The notes: generated by a model from the sequence alone, not told the origin. A stretch of 64,000 nucleotides of DNA from Herpetosiphon gulosus (GCF_039545135.1 NZ_BAABRU010000004.1:258427-322426); one strand, 5' to 3'; counted from the stretch's first letter, positions 28,318 to 39,113 are shown. Program-made: numbers and translations.

Positions 28318-30375
28318 ATGGCGGAATTAATTTGGCTTGTGCCGTTGCTGCCACTGCTCGGTGTCGTGATCAATACCCTGTTGGGGCTGAACGATTTGCG
28401 TCTCAGCCGCGCCAACGCCCACCACGACCATGGGCATGATCACGGGCATGGCCACGGTGACGCGCACCATGGACATGGCGATAATCCCACCGCTAAACGC
28501 TCTGGCTTAATTGCCAGTGTCATGGTTGGTTTGGGCTTTGTGCTGACCGTTGCAACCCTGATTGAGTTGCTGGGCATGCCTGCCAAAACCACATTGGGCG
28601 AAAATAATCGTTGGTTCGATGTAACCTATTGGAACTGGATGGCCTTTGGCGATTTGGAAGTTCCTTTTGGTTTCTTGATCGACCAACTTTCGGTCACGAT
28701 GATGCTCTTGGTCACTGGCGTGGGGACGTTGATTCACCTCTATGCAGTAGGCTATATGAGCCACGACGAACGCCCCACGCGCTTTTTCGTCTATCTCAAC
28801 TTATTTATTGTGGCAATGTTGATGCTTGTGATGGGCAACAATTTTGTGATGCTGTTCTTAGGTTGGGAAGGCGTGGGCTTGTGTTCGTTCTTGCTGATTG
28901 GCTTCTGGTTTGAACAACGCGACCCACCGTGGGCTTCAGTCAAAGCTTTTGTGACCAACCGCGTTGGCGACTTTGGCTTGTTGATGGCGATGTTTGCAAT
29001 TTGGACCTTGGCGCGTAAGCCTGATGGCACTTTCTTGCACTCGTTGGTCTTCCGCGAAGTCTTGGAGCAAGGTACAGTCTTCTCGCTGCAACAATACAGC
29101 ACCTTCTTTATGGGTACGCAATACACGGCGGCTGGGGCGATTGCCTTTATGCTGTTGCTTGGCGTAACTGGTAAATCGGCGCAAATTCCGCTGTTTGTCT
29201 GGTTGCCCGATGCAATGGCTGGCCCAACCCCTGTTTCGGCCTTGATTCACGCCGCAACAATGGTTACCGCTGGCGTGTATTTGATGATCCGCACCCACCC
29301 AATCTTTGAATTATCGCCATCGGTTCAAAGCACCGTAACCTTTATTGGGGTTGCCACCGCTTTGATCGCTGCTTCGATTGCGCTCGGTCAATACGATATC
29401 AAGAAGGTGCTGGCCTTCTCGACGGTTTCGCAATTGGGCTTTATGGTGGCGGCTGTGGGGATGGGAGCATACGTTGCCGCGATGTTCCACCTGCTAACCC
29501 ACGGGATTTTCAAGGCGCTCTTGTTCCTTGGCTCTGGCTCGGTGATTCACGGCTTTGGTAACGAACAAGATATGCGCAAGATGGGCGGTCTGCGGAAGAA
29601 AATGCCCGCCACCTTCTGGACATATATCGTCGGGACGATGGGCTTGATCGGCTTCCCCTTGGTTTCAGGTTTCTGGTCGAAAGACGAAATCATCGGCCAT
29701 GCCTTCGATCACGACCATCGCACGGTTGGCATGCTGTTGGTTGTAGGCGCAGTTTTGACTTCGTTCTACATGGGTCGCCAAATCTCAATGGTTTTCTTTG
29801 GTGAACAACGTGATCAACACATTCACGCTCACGAAAGCAGCCGCTGGATGACTGCACCCTTGATCGCCTTGGCAGGGTTGACCCTCGCCAGTGGTGTGAT
29901 TAATCTTCCTGGCGAAGATTTTCACTTTCTGACCACATGGCTTGAGCCAATCGTCGAAGAAGAAGCTGCTAAGTTCCACCTCAATATCGCTGCGATTGTG
30001 ACAATTCTCGGGTTGGCATCGTTTGCAGCAGGCTTCTATCTCTACAATTGGGCTGCCAAGCACAAGCGCATCAAGCCTAACCAACGCGACCTGTTGCACC
30101 ACTGGGGCGGCGATTTCTATGCCATCCTTGAGGAAAAATGGGGCTTTGATGCGTTGTATAACGCGGTTTTGGTCAAGCCCTACAAGGCATTGGCTAGCTT
30201 CTTTGGTAAGTTCTTCGATGTCAAAATTATTGATGGCATCGTTAATGGCACGGCAGAGCTTGTCGGCTTGTCGGGTCGCGGCTTGCGAACGTTCCAATCG
30301 GGCTATGTACGCTCGTATGCACTGATGTTTGTAATCGGTGTGGTGATCGTGCTTGGCTTCTTTGCGTTGCGCTAG
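28318..30375 (+). CDS. nuoL: NADH-quinone oxidoreductase subunit L, with a His-rich insert near the N-terminus
   Basis: Antiporter-like subunit with a long C-terminal amphipathic extension. Start MAELIWLVPLL follows a GGAGA Shine-Dalgarno. Insert ANAHHDHGHDHGHGHGDAHHGHGDNP is encoded at 28411..28490. Confidence 0.85.
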   Translation: MAELIWLVPLLPLLGVVINTLLGLNDLRLSRANAHHDHGHDHGHGHGDAHHGHGDNPTAKRSGLIASVMVGLGFVLTVATLIELLGMPAKTTLGENNRWFDVTYWNWMAFGDLEVPFGFLIDQLSVTMMLLVTGVGTLIHLYAVGYMSHDERPTRFFVYLNLFIVAMLMLVMGNNFVMLFLGWEGVGLCSFLLIGFWFEQRDPPWASVKAFVTNRVGDFGLLMAMFAIWTLARKPDGTFLHSLVFREVLEQGTVFSLQQYSTFFMGTQYTAAGAIAFMLLLGVTGKSAQIPLFVWLPDAMAGPTPVSALIHAATMVTAGVYLMIRTHPIFELSPSVQSTVTFIGVATALIAASIALGQYDIKKVLAFSTVSQLGFMVAAVGMGAYVAAMFHLLTHGIFKALLFLGSGSVIHGFGNEQDMRKMGGLRKKMPATFWTYIVGTMGLIGFPLVSGFWSKDEIIGHAFDHDHRTVGMLLVVGAVLTSFYMGRQISMVFFGEQRDQHIHAHESSRWMTAPLIALAGLTLASGVINLPGEDFHFLTTWLEPIVEEEAAKFHLNIAAIVTILGLASFAAGFYLYNWAAKHKRIKPNQRDLLHHWGGDFYAILEEKWGFDALYNAVLVKPYKALASFFGKFFDVKIIDGIVNGTAELVGLSGRGLRTFQSGYVRSYALMFVIGVVIVLGFFALR

Positions 30376-30421
30376 GACGTGGAGCGCAGGCCTCGGCTTG
30401 CAGCTTCACAAGGAGTAACCC

Positions 30422-31975
30422 TTGACGAATACAAACGACTTAGGTTTTACGATCTTATCGTTGGTGGTGTTTTTACCCGCCGTCGGTGCGATCATCCTGG
30501 CGTTTATGCGCGGCCAACGCGGAGCAGCCCGAATCTTTGCCTTGGGCTGGAGCACACTCGTTTTTGCCGTGTCATTGCCAATTTTGTTCAATTTCAAGCA
30601 CGATGCCGCTGGTCTTCAGTTCTACGAATATTTCAACTGGATTCCGGATTGGGGCGTGCGCTACGAGTTGGGTCTTGATGGCATCAGTTTGTGGTTGGTG
30701 TTGCTCACAACCTTCGTCACTCCTTTGGCAATTTGGAGTGCTTGGAATGTTGAAGAGAAAACCAACAACTTCTTGATGTTGATTCTGTTGCAAGAAATGG
30801 GGATGTTGGGCGTGTTTCTCGCTCAAGACCTGTTCTTGTTCTATATCTTCTGGGAATTCACCCTCATCCCAATGTATTTCTTGATTGGGATTTGGGGTGG
30901 CAAGCGCCGCATTTACGCCACAGTGAAGTTCTTCTTGTATACCTTCGCTGCTTCGGTGTTTATGTTGATCGGCATTATTGCCTTGGGCTTGCTCAATTAT
31001 AAATATTTGGCCCAACAAGGCTTACCAACTGATACCGCCTTCCAAGTGCAAACCTTGATGGCCAATATCAATCAATTTGGCTTGTCGGATACCGAATTAA
31101 AATTGCTGTTCCTCTCGTTCTTCGTAGCGTTTGCGGTCAAAGTGCCATTGTGGCCTGTCCATACATGGTTGCCCGATGCCCACGTTGAAGCACCTACTGC
31201 TGGCTCAGTGATTCTGGCGGCAGTGCTGCTGAAAATGGGCGGCTACGGCATGATTCGCTTCTGCGTCCAGTTGTTCCCGCAAATTGCCCAAGAATGGGCA
31301 CGGCCAATTGCCTTGCTGGCAGTGATCGGGATCATCTATGGCGCAGTGCTTTCGTATGCCCAAAGCGATATCAAAAAGCTGGTGGCCTATTCATCAGTTA
31401 GCCACATGGGCTTTATCGTCTTGGGGATTTTCGCGCTGAATGAAGTTGGTTTGCAAGGCGCTGTATTGCAAATGATCAACCACGGGTTGAGCACTGGCGC
31501 ATTGTTCTTGCTAATTGGGATGGTTTACGAACGCACCCATACCCGCGAATTGGCCGATTACGGTGGTTTGTGGAAAGTTGTACCCGTGTTCGTTTACTTC
31601 CTGTTGTTTGCCACGATGGCCTCGGTCGGCTTGCCTGGCTTGAACGGCTTCGTTGGCGAATTCTTAATTATGCTCGGCGCGTTCGATTCGCCAATCGGCT
31701 GGACGTTCACCGCGTTTGCAGCGGTTGGGGTGATTTTGGCAGCGGTCTATTTGCTCAAAATGTTCCAAGGCATTGCTTCGGGGCCATTTAGCGAACGCCG
31801 CACGCCACATCTCAGCGATCTCAATCGCCGTGAAGTAGCGATCTTGTTGCCACTTTGTATCTTGATGTTGGTAATTGGTCTCTACTCGGCATACTTTACT
31901 CGCCCAATGGAAACAACGATCAAGGCGCTTGAAGCCTTCGTTGCTAATGCTGCGCCACTAATTGCTGGCCAATAA
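30422..31975 (+). CDS. nuoM: NADH-quinone oxidoreductase subunit M
   Basis: 517-aa antiporter-like membrane subunit following nuoL. Confidence 0.85.
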   Translation: MTNTNDLGFTILSLVVFLPAVGAIILAFMRGQRGAARIFALGWSTLVFAVSLPILFNFKHDAAGLQFYEYFNWIPDWGVRYELGLDGISLWLVLLTTFVTPLAIWSAWNVEEKTNNFLMLILLQEMGMLGVFLAQDLFLFYIFWEFTLIPMYFLIGIWGGKRRIYATVKFFLYTFAASVFMLIGIIALGLLNYKYLAQQGLPTDTAFQVQTLMANINQFGLSDTELKLLFLSFFVAFAVKVPLWPVHTWLPDAHVEAPTAGSVILAAVLLKMGGYGMIRFCVQLFPQIAQEWARPIALLAVIGIIYGAVLSYAQSDIKKLVAYSSVSHMGFIVLGIFALNEVGLQGAVLQMINHGLSTGALFLLIGMVYERTHTRELADYGGLWKVVPVFVYFLLFATMASVGLPGLNGFVGEFLIMLGAFDSPIGWTFTAFAAVGVILAAVYLLKMFQGIASGPFSERRTPHLSDLNRREVAILLPLCILMLVIGLYSAYFTRPMETTIKALEAFVANAAPLIAGQ

Positions 31976-31993
31976 GACGGAGCGTGAGTTCGA

Positions 31994-33469
31994 ATGAATG
32001 ATTTAACATTTATCACGCCGGAGATTAACTGGACAGTCTTAGGCATGCCAGCATTCCTGATGATTTGGGCGATGTTGGTATTGATTGTCGATATGTTCAC
32101 CTCGGATCGGCGGATTTTGCTCACGTTGAGCCTGATCGGGCTTGGCGTGACGGCGGCGCTGGGTGCGCTGGATTATGGCGCAACTATCTCGGGCTTCTCA
32201 GACATGTTGGTGTTTGACAAGTTTGGGGTGTTGGTAAATTGGATTTTGCTGGCAGGCACAGCCTTGACCTTGCTAATAGCCTTTGATTACATGCCACGCC
32301 AAAATCTCAGCCAAGGCGAATTTTATCCCTTGGTGTTGTTTGCAACCTCGGGGATGTTGTTCTTGGTTCAATCAACCGACCTTGTAACCATCTTCATTGG
32401 GGTTGAAACGCTCTCGATTGCGCTGTATGTGCTAACCGGTTTTGCTGTGCCGCAGTTCAAATCGGGCGAAGCAGCGATTAAATATCTGTTGCTTGGCGGT
32501 TTTGCTGCTGGCTTCTTGGTTTATGGCATTGCATTAATCTATGGTATGACTGGCAAAACCAACTTGGCCCAAATTGCTGCCGAGTTGAGCACCTGGCAAA
32601 GCACAGGCAGAGCACTTGATGATCCCATTTTGTTGGCTGGGGTTGGTTTTGTGCTGATCGCCTTGGGCTTCAAGGTTTCAATGTTCCCCTTCCATGCCTG
32701 GACACCAGACGTTTACGAAGGTGCGCCTACACCAGTAACCGCCTACATGTCGGTTGCAACCAAGGGCGCAGCGTTCGCAGCGATGTTGCGTTTCTTGAAT
32801 GTGGCATTTCCTGCGCTCAAACCTGAGTGGCAATTGCTGTTTGGCTTATTTGCCGCTGCAACTATGGCCTACGGCAATATCGTGGCGGTAGCACAAAGTA
32901 ACCTCAAACGGATGTTAGCCTATTCGTCAATTGCCCACGCTGGCTATATGTTGCTGGGCGTGTTGGCTGCTAGCGAAAAAGGCATCAGCGCATTCACGGT
33001 TTACCTGTTGGCCTACACTTTGACCAACCTTGGCGCGTTTGCTGTGCTGATCGCTTTGGAAAATCGCGGCATGCCCGTGTTTGAATTGAGCGATTTACGC
33101 GGTTTAGGCAAGCGTAGCCCATTGTTGGCGCTCGCGATGACCGTGTTTATGTTCTCGTTGGCAGGCGTGCCACCAACAGCTGGATTTGCCAGCAAGTTTG
33201 GTATTTTCCGCGCCGCTTGGGATGCCAATCTCGATTATCTGGCGATTATCGGGGTCGTCACCAGTGTGATTTCGGCCTTCTTCTACTTGCGGGTAATTGT
33301 GACGATGTGGATGCGCGATGCCGAAGCCACCGAGCCACAACCAACCTATGCCACGGCCTCGCTCTCGTTCGGCGTAATCGTCGCAGTGATTGGGATTATC
33401 GCAGTGGGAATTTTGCCCAATATCTTCACCGATTTGGCTAAAGCGCTGGTTCTGACCGTCGCTCCCTAA
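31994..33469 (+). CDS. nuoN: NADH-quinone oxidoreductase subunit N
   Basis: 491-aa antiporter-like membrane subunit, the last gene of the block. Confidence 0.85.
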   Translation: MNDLTFITPEINWTVLGMPAFLMIWAMLVLIVDMFTSDRRILLTLSLIGLGVTAALGALDYGATISGFSDMLVFDKFGVLVNWILLAGTALTLLIAFDYMPRQNLSQGEFYPLVLFATSGMLFLVQSTDLVTIFIGVETLSIALYVLTGFAVPQFKSGEAAIKYLLLGGFAAGFLVYGIALIYGMTGKTNLAQIAAELSTWQSTGRALDDPILLAGVGFVLIALGFKVSMFPFHAWTPDVYEGAPTPVTAYMSVATKGAAFAAMLRFLNVAFPALKPEWQLLFGLFAAATMAYGNIVAVAQSNLKRMLAYSSIAHAGYMLLGVLAASEKGISAFTVYLLAYTLTNLGAFAVLIALENRGMPVFELSDLRGLGKRSPLLALAMTVFMFSLAGVPPTAGFASKFGIFRAAWDANLDYLAIIGVVTSVISAFFYLRVIVTMWMRDAEATEPQPTYATASLSFGVIVAVIGIIAVGILPNIFTDLAKALVLTVAP

Positions 33470-33492
33470 GCTAATTTCTACCTTGTTGAACT

Positions 33493-33531
33493 TCCCCCAT
33501 GAGCCTACGGGTTTGTGGGGGAGTTTTTTTT
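33493..33531 (+). terminator. intrinsic terminator after nuoN (stem TCCCCCA/TGGGGGA followed by T8)
   Basis: Hairpin followed by TTTTTTTT, 24 nt after the nuoN stop. Confidence 0.6.
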
Positions 33532-33643
33532 AACGGATGAAGGATGAAATAAGAGGCAGAGAAGTTGGGGAAGTTTTAATGCCGAGGCGCAGACCATCCC
33601 CTTTCTCCACTCCCAAATCATCGTCGTGCAGTGTGACCATGCC

Positions 33644-34276
33644 CTAAGGCAAAAACTTCCATGCAGGTGAGCCATGGCGCTCGGCGGGGGCAAGCGACCG
33701 GGCGATTGGTCCCATTAATCGCACCATCCCCTCCAAGACTCGGGCGGTTGCCAAATTTCCACAATCCACCGCCCGAAACCCCAGTTTCTGAATTAAACCA
33801 CTTACCCGCTGCTTGGCCGCCGCATGATCACCCGACACAAACACATCGTGCTGGAGATCGTGTGGCCCATCAAGCGTCGCTGCAAAGGTCGTTTTCCACG
33901 CACCAACAAGCTGCGCCGTGGCAGGCAGCTGATCCGCTAGACGTTCGGCGGCGGAGCGCTCGGCAATTTCATCACCCCACGGAGTACTAATATCCACCAC
34001 CAGTTTGCCGTTCAAGGCTGTTCCGAGCGTTGGGAGCAAGGTCAAGGCATCCGAAAAGCCCAGTGCGAGGATTAAAATCGAGGCTGATTGGACTGTCGTT
34101 GTATAGTCACCAGACTGAATCTTCCCCCCACCAGCAACGGCCAGCGCGGTAGCCCGTTCTGCCGCCCGCGCAGCAGCACGCGATCCCAGCAAAACCGGAT
34201 AGTTTGCCCGACTGAAGGCCCGCGCCAAGATGCCTCCCATCTCACCCGTACCAAGAATCCCAATGGATTCAGTCAT
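33644..34276 (-). CDS. NADPH-dependent F420 reductase-like / NADP oxidoreductase (Rossmann)
   Basis: Starts MTESIGILGTGEMGGILARAF (GxGxxG) with a GGAGAA Shine-Dalgarno. About 210 aa. Confidence 0.55.
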   Translation of the reverse strand: MTESIGILGTGEMGGILARAFSRANYPVLLGSRAAARAAERATALAVAGGGKIQSGDYTTTVQSASILILALGFSDALTLLPTLGTALNGKLVVDISTPWGDEIAERSAAERLADQLPATAQLVGAWKTTFAATLDGPHDLQHDVFVSGDHAAAKQRVSGLIQKLGFRAVDCGNLATARVLEGMVRLMGPIARSLAPAERHGSPAWKFLP

Positions 34277-34749
34277 AATCAGTTCTCCATAGCACATCAG
34301 CGCCACAGCAGCATGGCCATGACCAAGCGCATGATCTGCGCCTCATCATCGGCAAATTGCCATTGGCGTTCGATATCATAGGCTTTATCTGTTGCCAACG
34401 CAACTGCTACCACGCCATGAGATTCTGAAGTACAGGCGAAAAGGTCGGCCAAGCGGCGAGAACGATTTTTAACGCAGAAACGCAGAGGGTGAATGGATAC
34501 AGGCTATTGGCTATTGGAATTACGTTATTGAAATACCAAGGAATAGCCGATAGTCCATAGCCTATAGCCTCATTTCGTGCCCTTCGCAGTTTCATCCCTC
34601 ATCCTTCATCCCTCATCTTTTTCTCTGTGCCTCTGCGTTAAATCAAGCTTTTCATCCTTCATAATGCATCCTTCATCCTTGCTCAAATTGCGGCTTGACT
34701 CTATAGCATAGTATAGGGTTTATGCTAAGCAGCAGAAAGGAATTGAGCG

Positions 34750-35160
34750 ATGCAAATTGGCCAAGTAGCTCGCCGCTGTGGCGTGAGTGTGCAAACGGTG
34801 CGCTTATATGAACGCATGGGCTTGATCGAAACCGCCCAACGCCGTGAATCAGGCTATCGCGATTATTCAAACACGGTTGTTGCGCGAATTTTGGCAATCA
34901 AGCAAGGTCAAGCATTGGGCTTTAGCTTGCGTGAAATGGGCATGTTTCTGCAACTCAGCCCGCAAAATACCGAGCAAGCCTTGATTCAGCAATTTGTTGA
35001 TCAAAAAGTTCAGCAAATTGACCAGACGGTTCAACAGTTTCAGCGTTTGCGCCAGGCCTTGCACGAATTCGCCGCTCGTTCCGCTGATGATCCGCGTGAA
35101 TGCCCAGTTATTCACGCTTTGGCCGAGATGGCCTGTTCTCAAGGAGTTTCTGATGCTTAG
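34750..35160 (+). CDS. MerR-family transcriptional regulator
   Basis: MQIGQVARRCGVSVQTVRLYERMGLI HTH and a coiled-coil dimerisation region. Confidence 0.7.
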   Translation: MQIGQVARRCGVSVQTVRLYERMGLIETAQRRESGYRDYSNTVVARILAIKQGQALGFSLREMGMFLQLSPQNTEQALIQQFVDQKVQQIDQTVQQFQRLRQALHEFAARSADDPRECPVIHALAEMACSQGVSDA

Positions 35161-35548
35161 AACTATTCGGAGTTTACGCTGGTTTGGTTGGTATGCGGTG
35201 AGCACTGGGCTTTTGGCTGCGCTTGCGCCAAATCTGCTCTTGAGTTTATTTGGCATGCCAGCAACGACTGAGGTTTGGCCGCGCGTGGCAGGCATGTTGG
35301 TGGGATTTATTGGGGTTTTACACATGAATGTTAGCCCAATCGATCTGCGCCGCTATGCCATGACCACAGTGATTTTGCGGCTGAGCGTGCCGTTGATCTT
35401 CGGTTGGTGGGTAATTGCTGGTGTAGGGCCATGGCAATTGCTCTTTTTTGCTGGCGCTGATGTGGTTGGCGCGATCGCAACGCTTTGGAGTTTGCGGGCC
35501 GATCAACAAACGGGCAATCCACGCCAAACGAGCGCGATTGCCCACTAG
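35152..35548 (+). CDS. hypothetical membrane protein
   Basis: Starts MLRTIRSLRWFGWYAVSTGLL..., overlapping the merR stop. Three to four hydrophobic helices. Confidence 0.4.
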
Positions 35549-35553
35549 AAGCA

Positions 35554-36816
35554 TCAATCGCGAATGTGGCCAGCACCGCGGACTACCCATTTGTACGAGG
35601 TCAGTTCACGCAAAGCCATCGGGCCACGTGCATGCAATTTTTGGGTGCTGATCGCAATTTCAGCGCCCAAGCCCATTTGCGAGCCATCGGTGAAACGGGT
35701 TGAGGAATTGGCATAAACGACCGCCGAATCAACCTCGTTCAAAAAGCGCTCAATCGCCGCTGGATCGTGCGATAAAATCGTGTCGGAATGGTCAGTGCCA
35801 TAGTTATCAATATGCTCAATCGCTTGATCAAGCCCATCAACCACTCGTACCGCCAAAATTAATGCCGAGAACTCTTGACCAAAATCAGCGGGCTGGGCCG
35901 CAACTAAGTGCCAATCGGCGCTACCAGCTTCGCGTAAGATCGCCAACGACTCAGGATCACAGCGCAATTCGACCTTATTTTCGTACAAAGCTGCACCGAG
36001 CCGTGGCAGCACTTTGGCGGCGGCGCTACGCTCAATCAACACGGTTTCGAGCGAGTTGCACACGCTTGGGCGTTGCACTTTGGCATTAACAATAATTGGC
36101 ACAACTTGCTCAAGTGGCGCAGTATGGTCAATGTAGGCGTGGCAAACCCCAATTCCGCCCGTAATCACCGGAATTGTGGCAGTTTTACGGCAAAAATCGT
36201 GCAAGCCCGAACCACCACGCGGAATAATCATATCCACATAGCGATCCAAGGTCAGCAAGCCGCGCACCAATTCGCGATCAGGATTGTCGATTAGTTGCAA
36301 GGCATCAGCGGGCAGATCAACTCGTTCTAAGGCACGACGGAGAGCTTGAACCAATGCTCCAGCTGAACGGGTAATCTCCTTACCACCCCGTAAAATCACC
36401 GCACTGCCTGCCTTGATACACAACGCTGCCACATCAGCAGTAACATTTGGCCGCGCCTCATAGATTACGCCAACTACTCCCAGCGGCACGCGGCGCTTTT
36501 CGATGCGCAAGCCATTTGGCAGCACACCTTGCTCAAATATCTCGCCAACCGGATCAGGCAAAACCGCCACGGTGCGCACATCGTTGGCAATTGTTTCAAG
36601 TCGCTGCTCGTTAAGTAATAAACGATCAAGCAAGGCTGGGGTTAAGCCAGCCTCGCGCCCCAGTCGCATATCAGCCTCGTTGGCCGAAAGAATTGATTCG
36701 CGATCAAGGCTTAGTTCTTCAGCCATGGCCTCGACGGCAGCATTACGTTGAGCCGTAGTTGTGCGGGCCAATATTCGTGCTGCCAGCTTTGCTCGCTGAC
36801 CCATTGCCTCAAGCAT
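35554..36816 (-). CDS. proA: gamma-glutamyl phosphate reductase
   Basis: 420-aa aldehyde-dehydrogenase-fold protein with the characteristic ProA N-terminus ([27 protein letters not shown]). Confidence 0.85.
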   Translation of the reverse strand: MLEAMGQRAKLAARILARTTTAQRNAAVEAMAEELSLDRESILSANEADMRLGREAGLTPALLDRLLLNEQRLETIANDVRTVAVLPDPVGEIFEQGVLPNGLRIEKRRVPLGVVGVIYEARPNVTADVAALCIKAGSAVILRGGKEITRSAGALVQALRRALERVDLPADALQLIDNPDRELVRGLLTLDRYVDMIIPRGGSGLHDFCRKTATIPVITGGIGVCHAYIDHTAPLEQVVPIIVNAKVQRPSVCNSLETVLIERSAAAKVLPRLGAALYENKVELRCDPESLAILREAGSADWHLVAAQPADFGQEFSALILAVRVVDGLDQAIEHIDNYGTDHSDTILSHDPAAIERFLNEVDSAVVYANSSTRFTDGSQMGLGAEIAISTQKLHARGPMALRELTSYKWVVRGAGHIRD

Positions 36817-36838
36817 TGGATACTCCTCATGCTAGCCG

Positions 36839-37534
36839 TCATAACTCGCCAAGCGGGGCGGCTGGATGATCCTCACCTTCCAGATCGCCTTCGAGTTGCC
36901 AACGAACAGCGGCATGTAAATGCACAGCGTCGTTGTAGCCACCCAAAAACCAGCGCACCTGCCCACCCCGCTGATGCTGATACCAATGGGTCAAGGATGT
37001 ATTGGTTACTTCGAGATCGACATTTGGTTGTTCGCTACGAGTATGCGGCCAAAAATAGCTTAACGACGATTCTATCACCCAACCGTGGCAAACAATTACA
37101 ATCGTGGCCTCGGGATTGGCGTTCAGCACCCGTTCAAAATTGAAATGAGTGCGTTGACAAAAGGTTTGCCAAGTCTCGCCACCAGGCGATAAGGGCTTGC
37201 GTAGGTCGAAATCAAACTTTCCATAACGCGCATTATACTCTTTCCAACTCAGGCCATCAGCCTCGCCCACATTGAACTCACAAAAACCTTCATCGTAAAG
37301 CAAGGGCTTGGCAAACGCTGGCGCGATAATTTCGGCTGTTTGCATTGCACGTGGCATCGTACTACAAATAAATAAATCGGGCACAATCTCGCGAGTTGCC
37401 ATCAGCCGATCACGTAACGATTCAGCTTGTTGCACACCCAAGGCTGTCAAGCCACGATCACCCTTGATCCCACCAATAATCGGCTCGACATTCACCACAG
37501 CCTGGCCATGGCGAATCAAATAGAGTTTAGCCAT
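36839..37534 (-). CDS. histidine phosphatase family protein (phosphoglycerate mutase-like)
   Basis: Starts MAKLYLIRHGQAV (the RHG motif) with an AAGGGG Shine-Dalgarno. Located between proB and proA. Confidence 0.6.
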   Translation of the reverse strand: MAKLYLIRHGQAVVNVEPIIGGIKGDRGLTALGVQQAESLRDRLMATREIVPDLFICSTMPRAMQTAEIIAPAFAKPLLYDEGFCEFNVGEADGLSWKEYNARYGKFDFDLRKPLSPGGETWQTFCQRTHFNFERVLNANPEATIVIVCHGWVIESSLSYFWPHTRSEQPNVDLEVTNTSLTHWYQHQRGGQVRWFLGGYNDAVHLHAAVRWQLEGDLEGEDHPAAPLGEL

Positions 37535-37548
37535 AATACCCCTTATAG

Positions 37549-37574
37549 AAGGATGAAGGATGAAGGATGAATAG
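37549..37574. repeat. (GGATGAA) multimer repeat, one of many dispersed copies
   Basis: GAAGGATGAAGGATGAAGGATGAATAG. More copies at 37648..37685 and 37727..37766 in the same spacer. Confidence 0.6.
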
Positions 37575-37749
37575 CATTCCTCAACTATTAGCACCTTAGT
37601 AGAAATAAGTAATTATTCAAAATTGCAAAATCATCCTCCCTCTTTATGGAAGGATGAAGGATGTAGCAATCCACCATCCTTCAGCTTTTGATAAAACCGA
37701 GATATCAATTTGAAGCCACAAAAATTCCTTCTTCATCCCTTTTCCCACT

Positions 37750-38859
37750 TCATAATTCATCCTTAACAAAGGCTACCATATCATCGCGGTGAATGACTTC
37801 AGCGCCATAAGAATAGCCGAGAATGCTTTCGATATCGCTGGTGCGCGAGCCTTTGATTTGGGCAACTTCGTGGGCGGCATATTGGCATAGGCCACAGGCG
37901 ATCGTTTGGCCGTCGGGCGCGACAATCGCTACAGTTTGGCCGCGTCGCCATTCGCCTTCAACTGCCACAATTCCAGCAGGCAACAGGCTACGGCCTTGCT
38001 GAGTGAGGGCTTGAACTGCACCTGCATCAACTGCAATATGGGCTTGGCGCACGCGCTCAGCCATAATCCAGCGTTTGCGGCTTTCCAAGCGGGTGCTGAC
38101 TGGCCGAAACCGTGTGCCAACACTCTCGCCAGCGACCAAGCGCACAAGTACGTTCGGCTCGTTACCAGCAGCAATCACCATGGTTGTGCCAGCACGGGTC
38201 GCCAATTCGGCAGCCTGAATTTTGGTGAACATACCGCCAGTGCCACGATGCGAACCCGCCGCTCCTGCCAAAGCATAAACCTGTTCATTCACCGCCGCAA
38301 CATCGTCGATCAGGGTTGCTTCAGGGTTATGGCGTGGGTCGGCGCTATATAAGCCAGCAATATCGCTCAAAATGACCAATAACTGGGCATCAACCAAATT
38401 CGCGACCAAAGCTGAAAGTGTGTCATTATCGCCGACGCGAATCTCATCAACTGCCACTGCATCATTTTCATTGATAATTGGCAATACGCCAATTTCCAAG
38501 CAAGTTAATAAGGTGGCGCGGGCATTCAGGTAGCGCACTCGATCACGCAAGTCGGCGCGGGTAAGCAGCGTTTGAGCTACAGGCACATCGTAAATTTCAA
38601 ATAATTGACCATAAATATGCATCAAACGGCCCTGCCCAACTGCCGCCAACGCCTGTTTATGGGTCAACTCACGCCGTCGTTTGGGAAAGCCCAAGCGCTC
38701 CCAGCCAGCCAACACTGCGCCTGAAGAAACCAAGACAACTTCGTGGCCAACATCACGTAATTGGGCCATCTGACGCGCCAAATCGACCATGCGTGGGCGA
38801 TGCAAACGGTCGGTTCCGTCGGTCAAAACGCTCGTCCCAAGTTTAACTACAATTCGCAT
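37750..38859 (-). CDS. proB: glutamate 5-kinase (with PUA domain)
   Basis: MRIVVKLGTSVLT... amino-acid-kinase fold plus a C-terminal PUA domain. Confidence 0.85.
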   Translation of the reverse strand: MRIVVKLGTSVLTDGTDRLHRPRMVDLARQMAQLRDVGHEVVLVSSGAVLAGWERLGFPKRRRELTHKQALAAVGQGRLMHIYGQLFEIYDVPVAQTLLTRADLRDRVRYLNARATLLTCLEIGVLPIINENDAVAVDEIRVGDNDTLSALVANLVDAQLLVILSDIAGLYSADPRHNPEATLIDDVAAVNEQVYALAGAAGSHRGTGGMFTKIQAAELATRAGTTMVIAAGNEPNVLVRLVAGESVGTRFRPVSTRLESRKRWIMAERVRQAHIAVDAGAVQALTQQGRSLLPAGIVAVEGEWRRGQTVAIVAPDGQTIACGLCQYAAHEVAQIKGSRTSDIESILGYSYGAEVIHRDDMVAFVKDEL

Positions 38860-39033
38860 ATGCAGATCTCTATCCATCAAGATTATTACAAATAGCTATT
38901 TTAACCAATAATTGCTGAACCGCGCAGATTGATCCACGAAGCACATGAAGAGCAGTTTCAAGCCACAGATTAGCACAGATTTTGATGATTATGCTGCTGT
39001 TGCCTCTGTACTTCCTAGATTCTCGCCGCTCAT

Positions 39034-39113
39034 TCTGACCCCTCGCCCCTGAATCCTGACCCCTACTATGTTGCCTTTTGATTTTTGACTTCTGACTTGG
39101 TTCTATGTTCTTA
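39034..39113. repeat. intergenic repeat block (CTGACCCCT and TTTTGACTTCTGACTTGGTTCTATGTTCTT units)
   Basis: Related to the block at 43110..43165 (TTTTGATTTCTGACTCTATGTTCTATGCTCTATGTTCTT). Both lie at the 3' ends of minus-strand genes. Confidence 0.5.

Noticed and set aside
28507-30297. Minus-strand ORFs inside nuoL (28507..28764, 28791..29126, 28936..29298, 29785..30297)
   Set aside because: Antisense to a well-supported NuoL coding sequence.
37906-38352. 148-aa + ORF overlapping proB
   Set aside because: Antisense to proB, which has clear kinase and PUA motifs.
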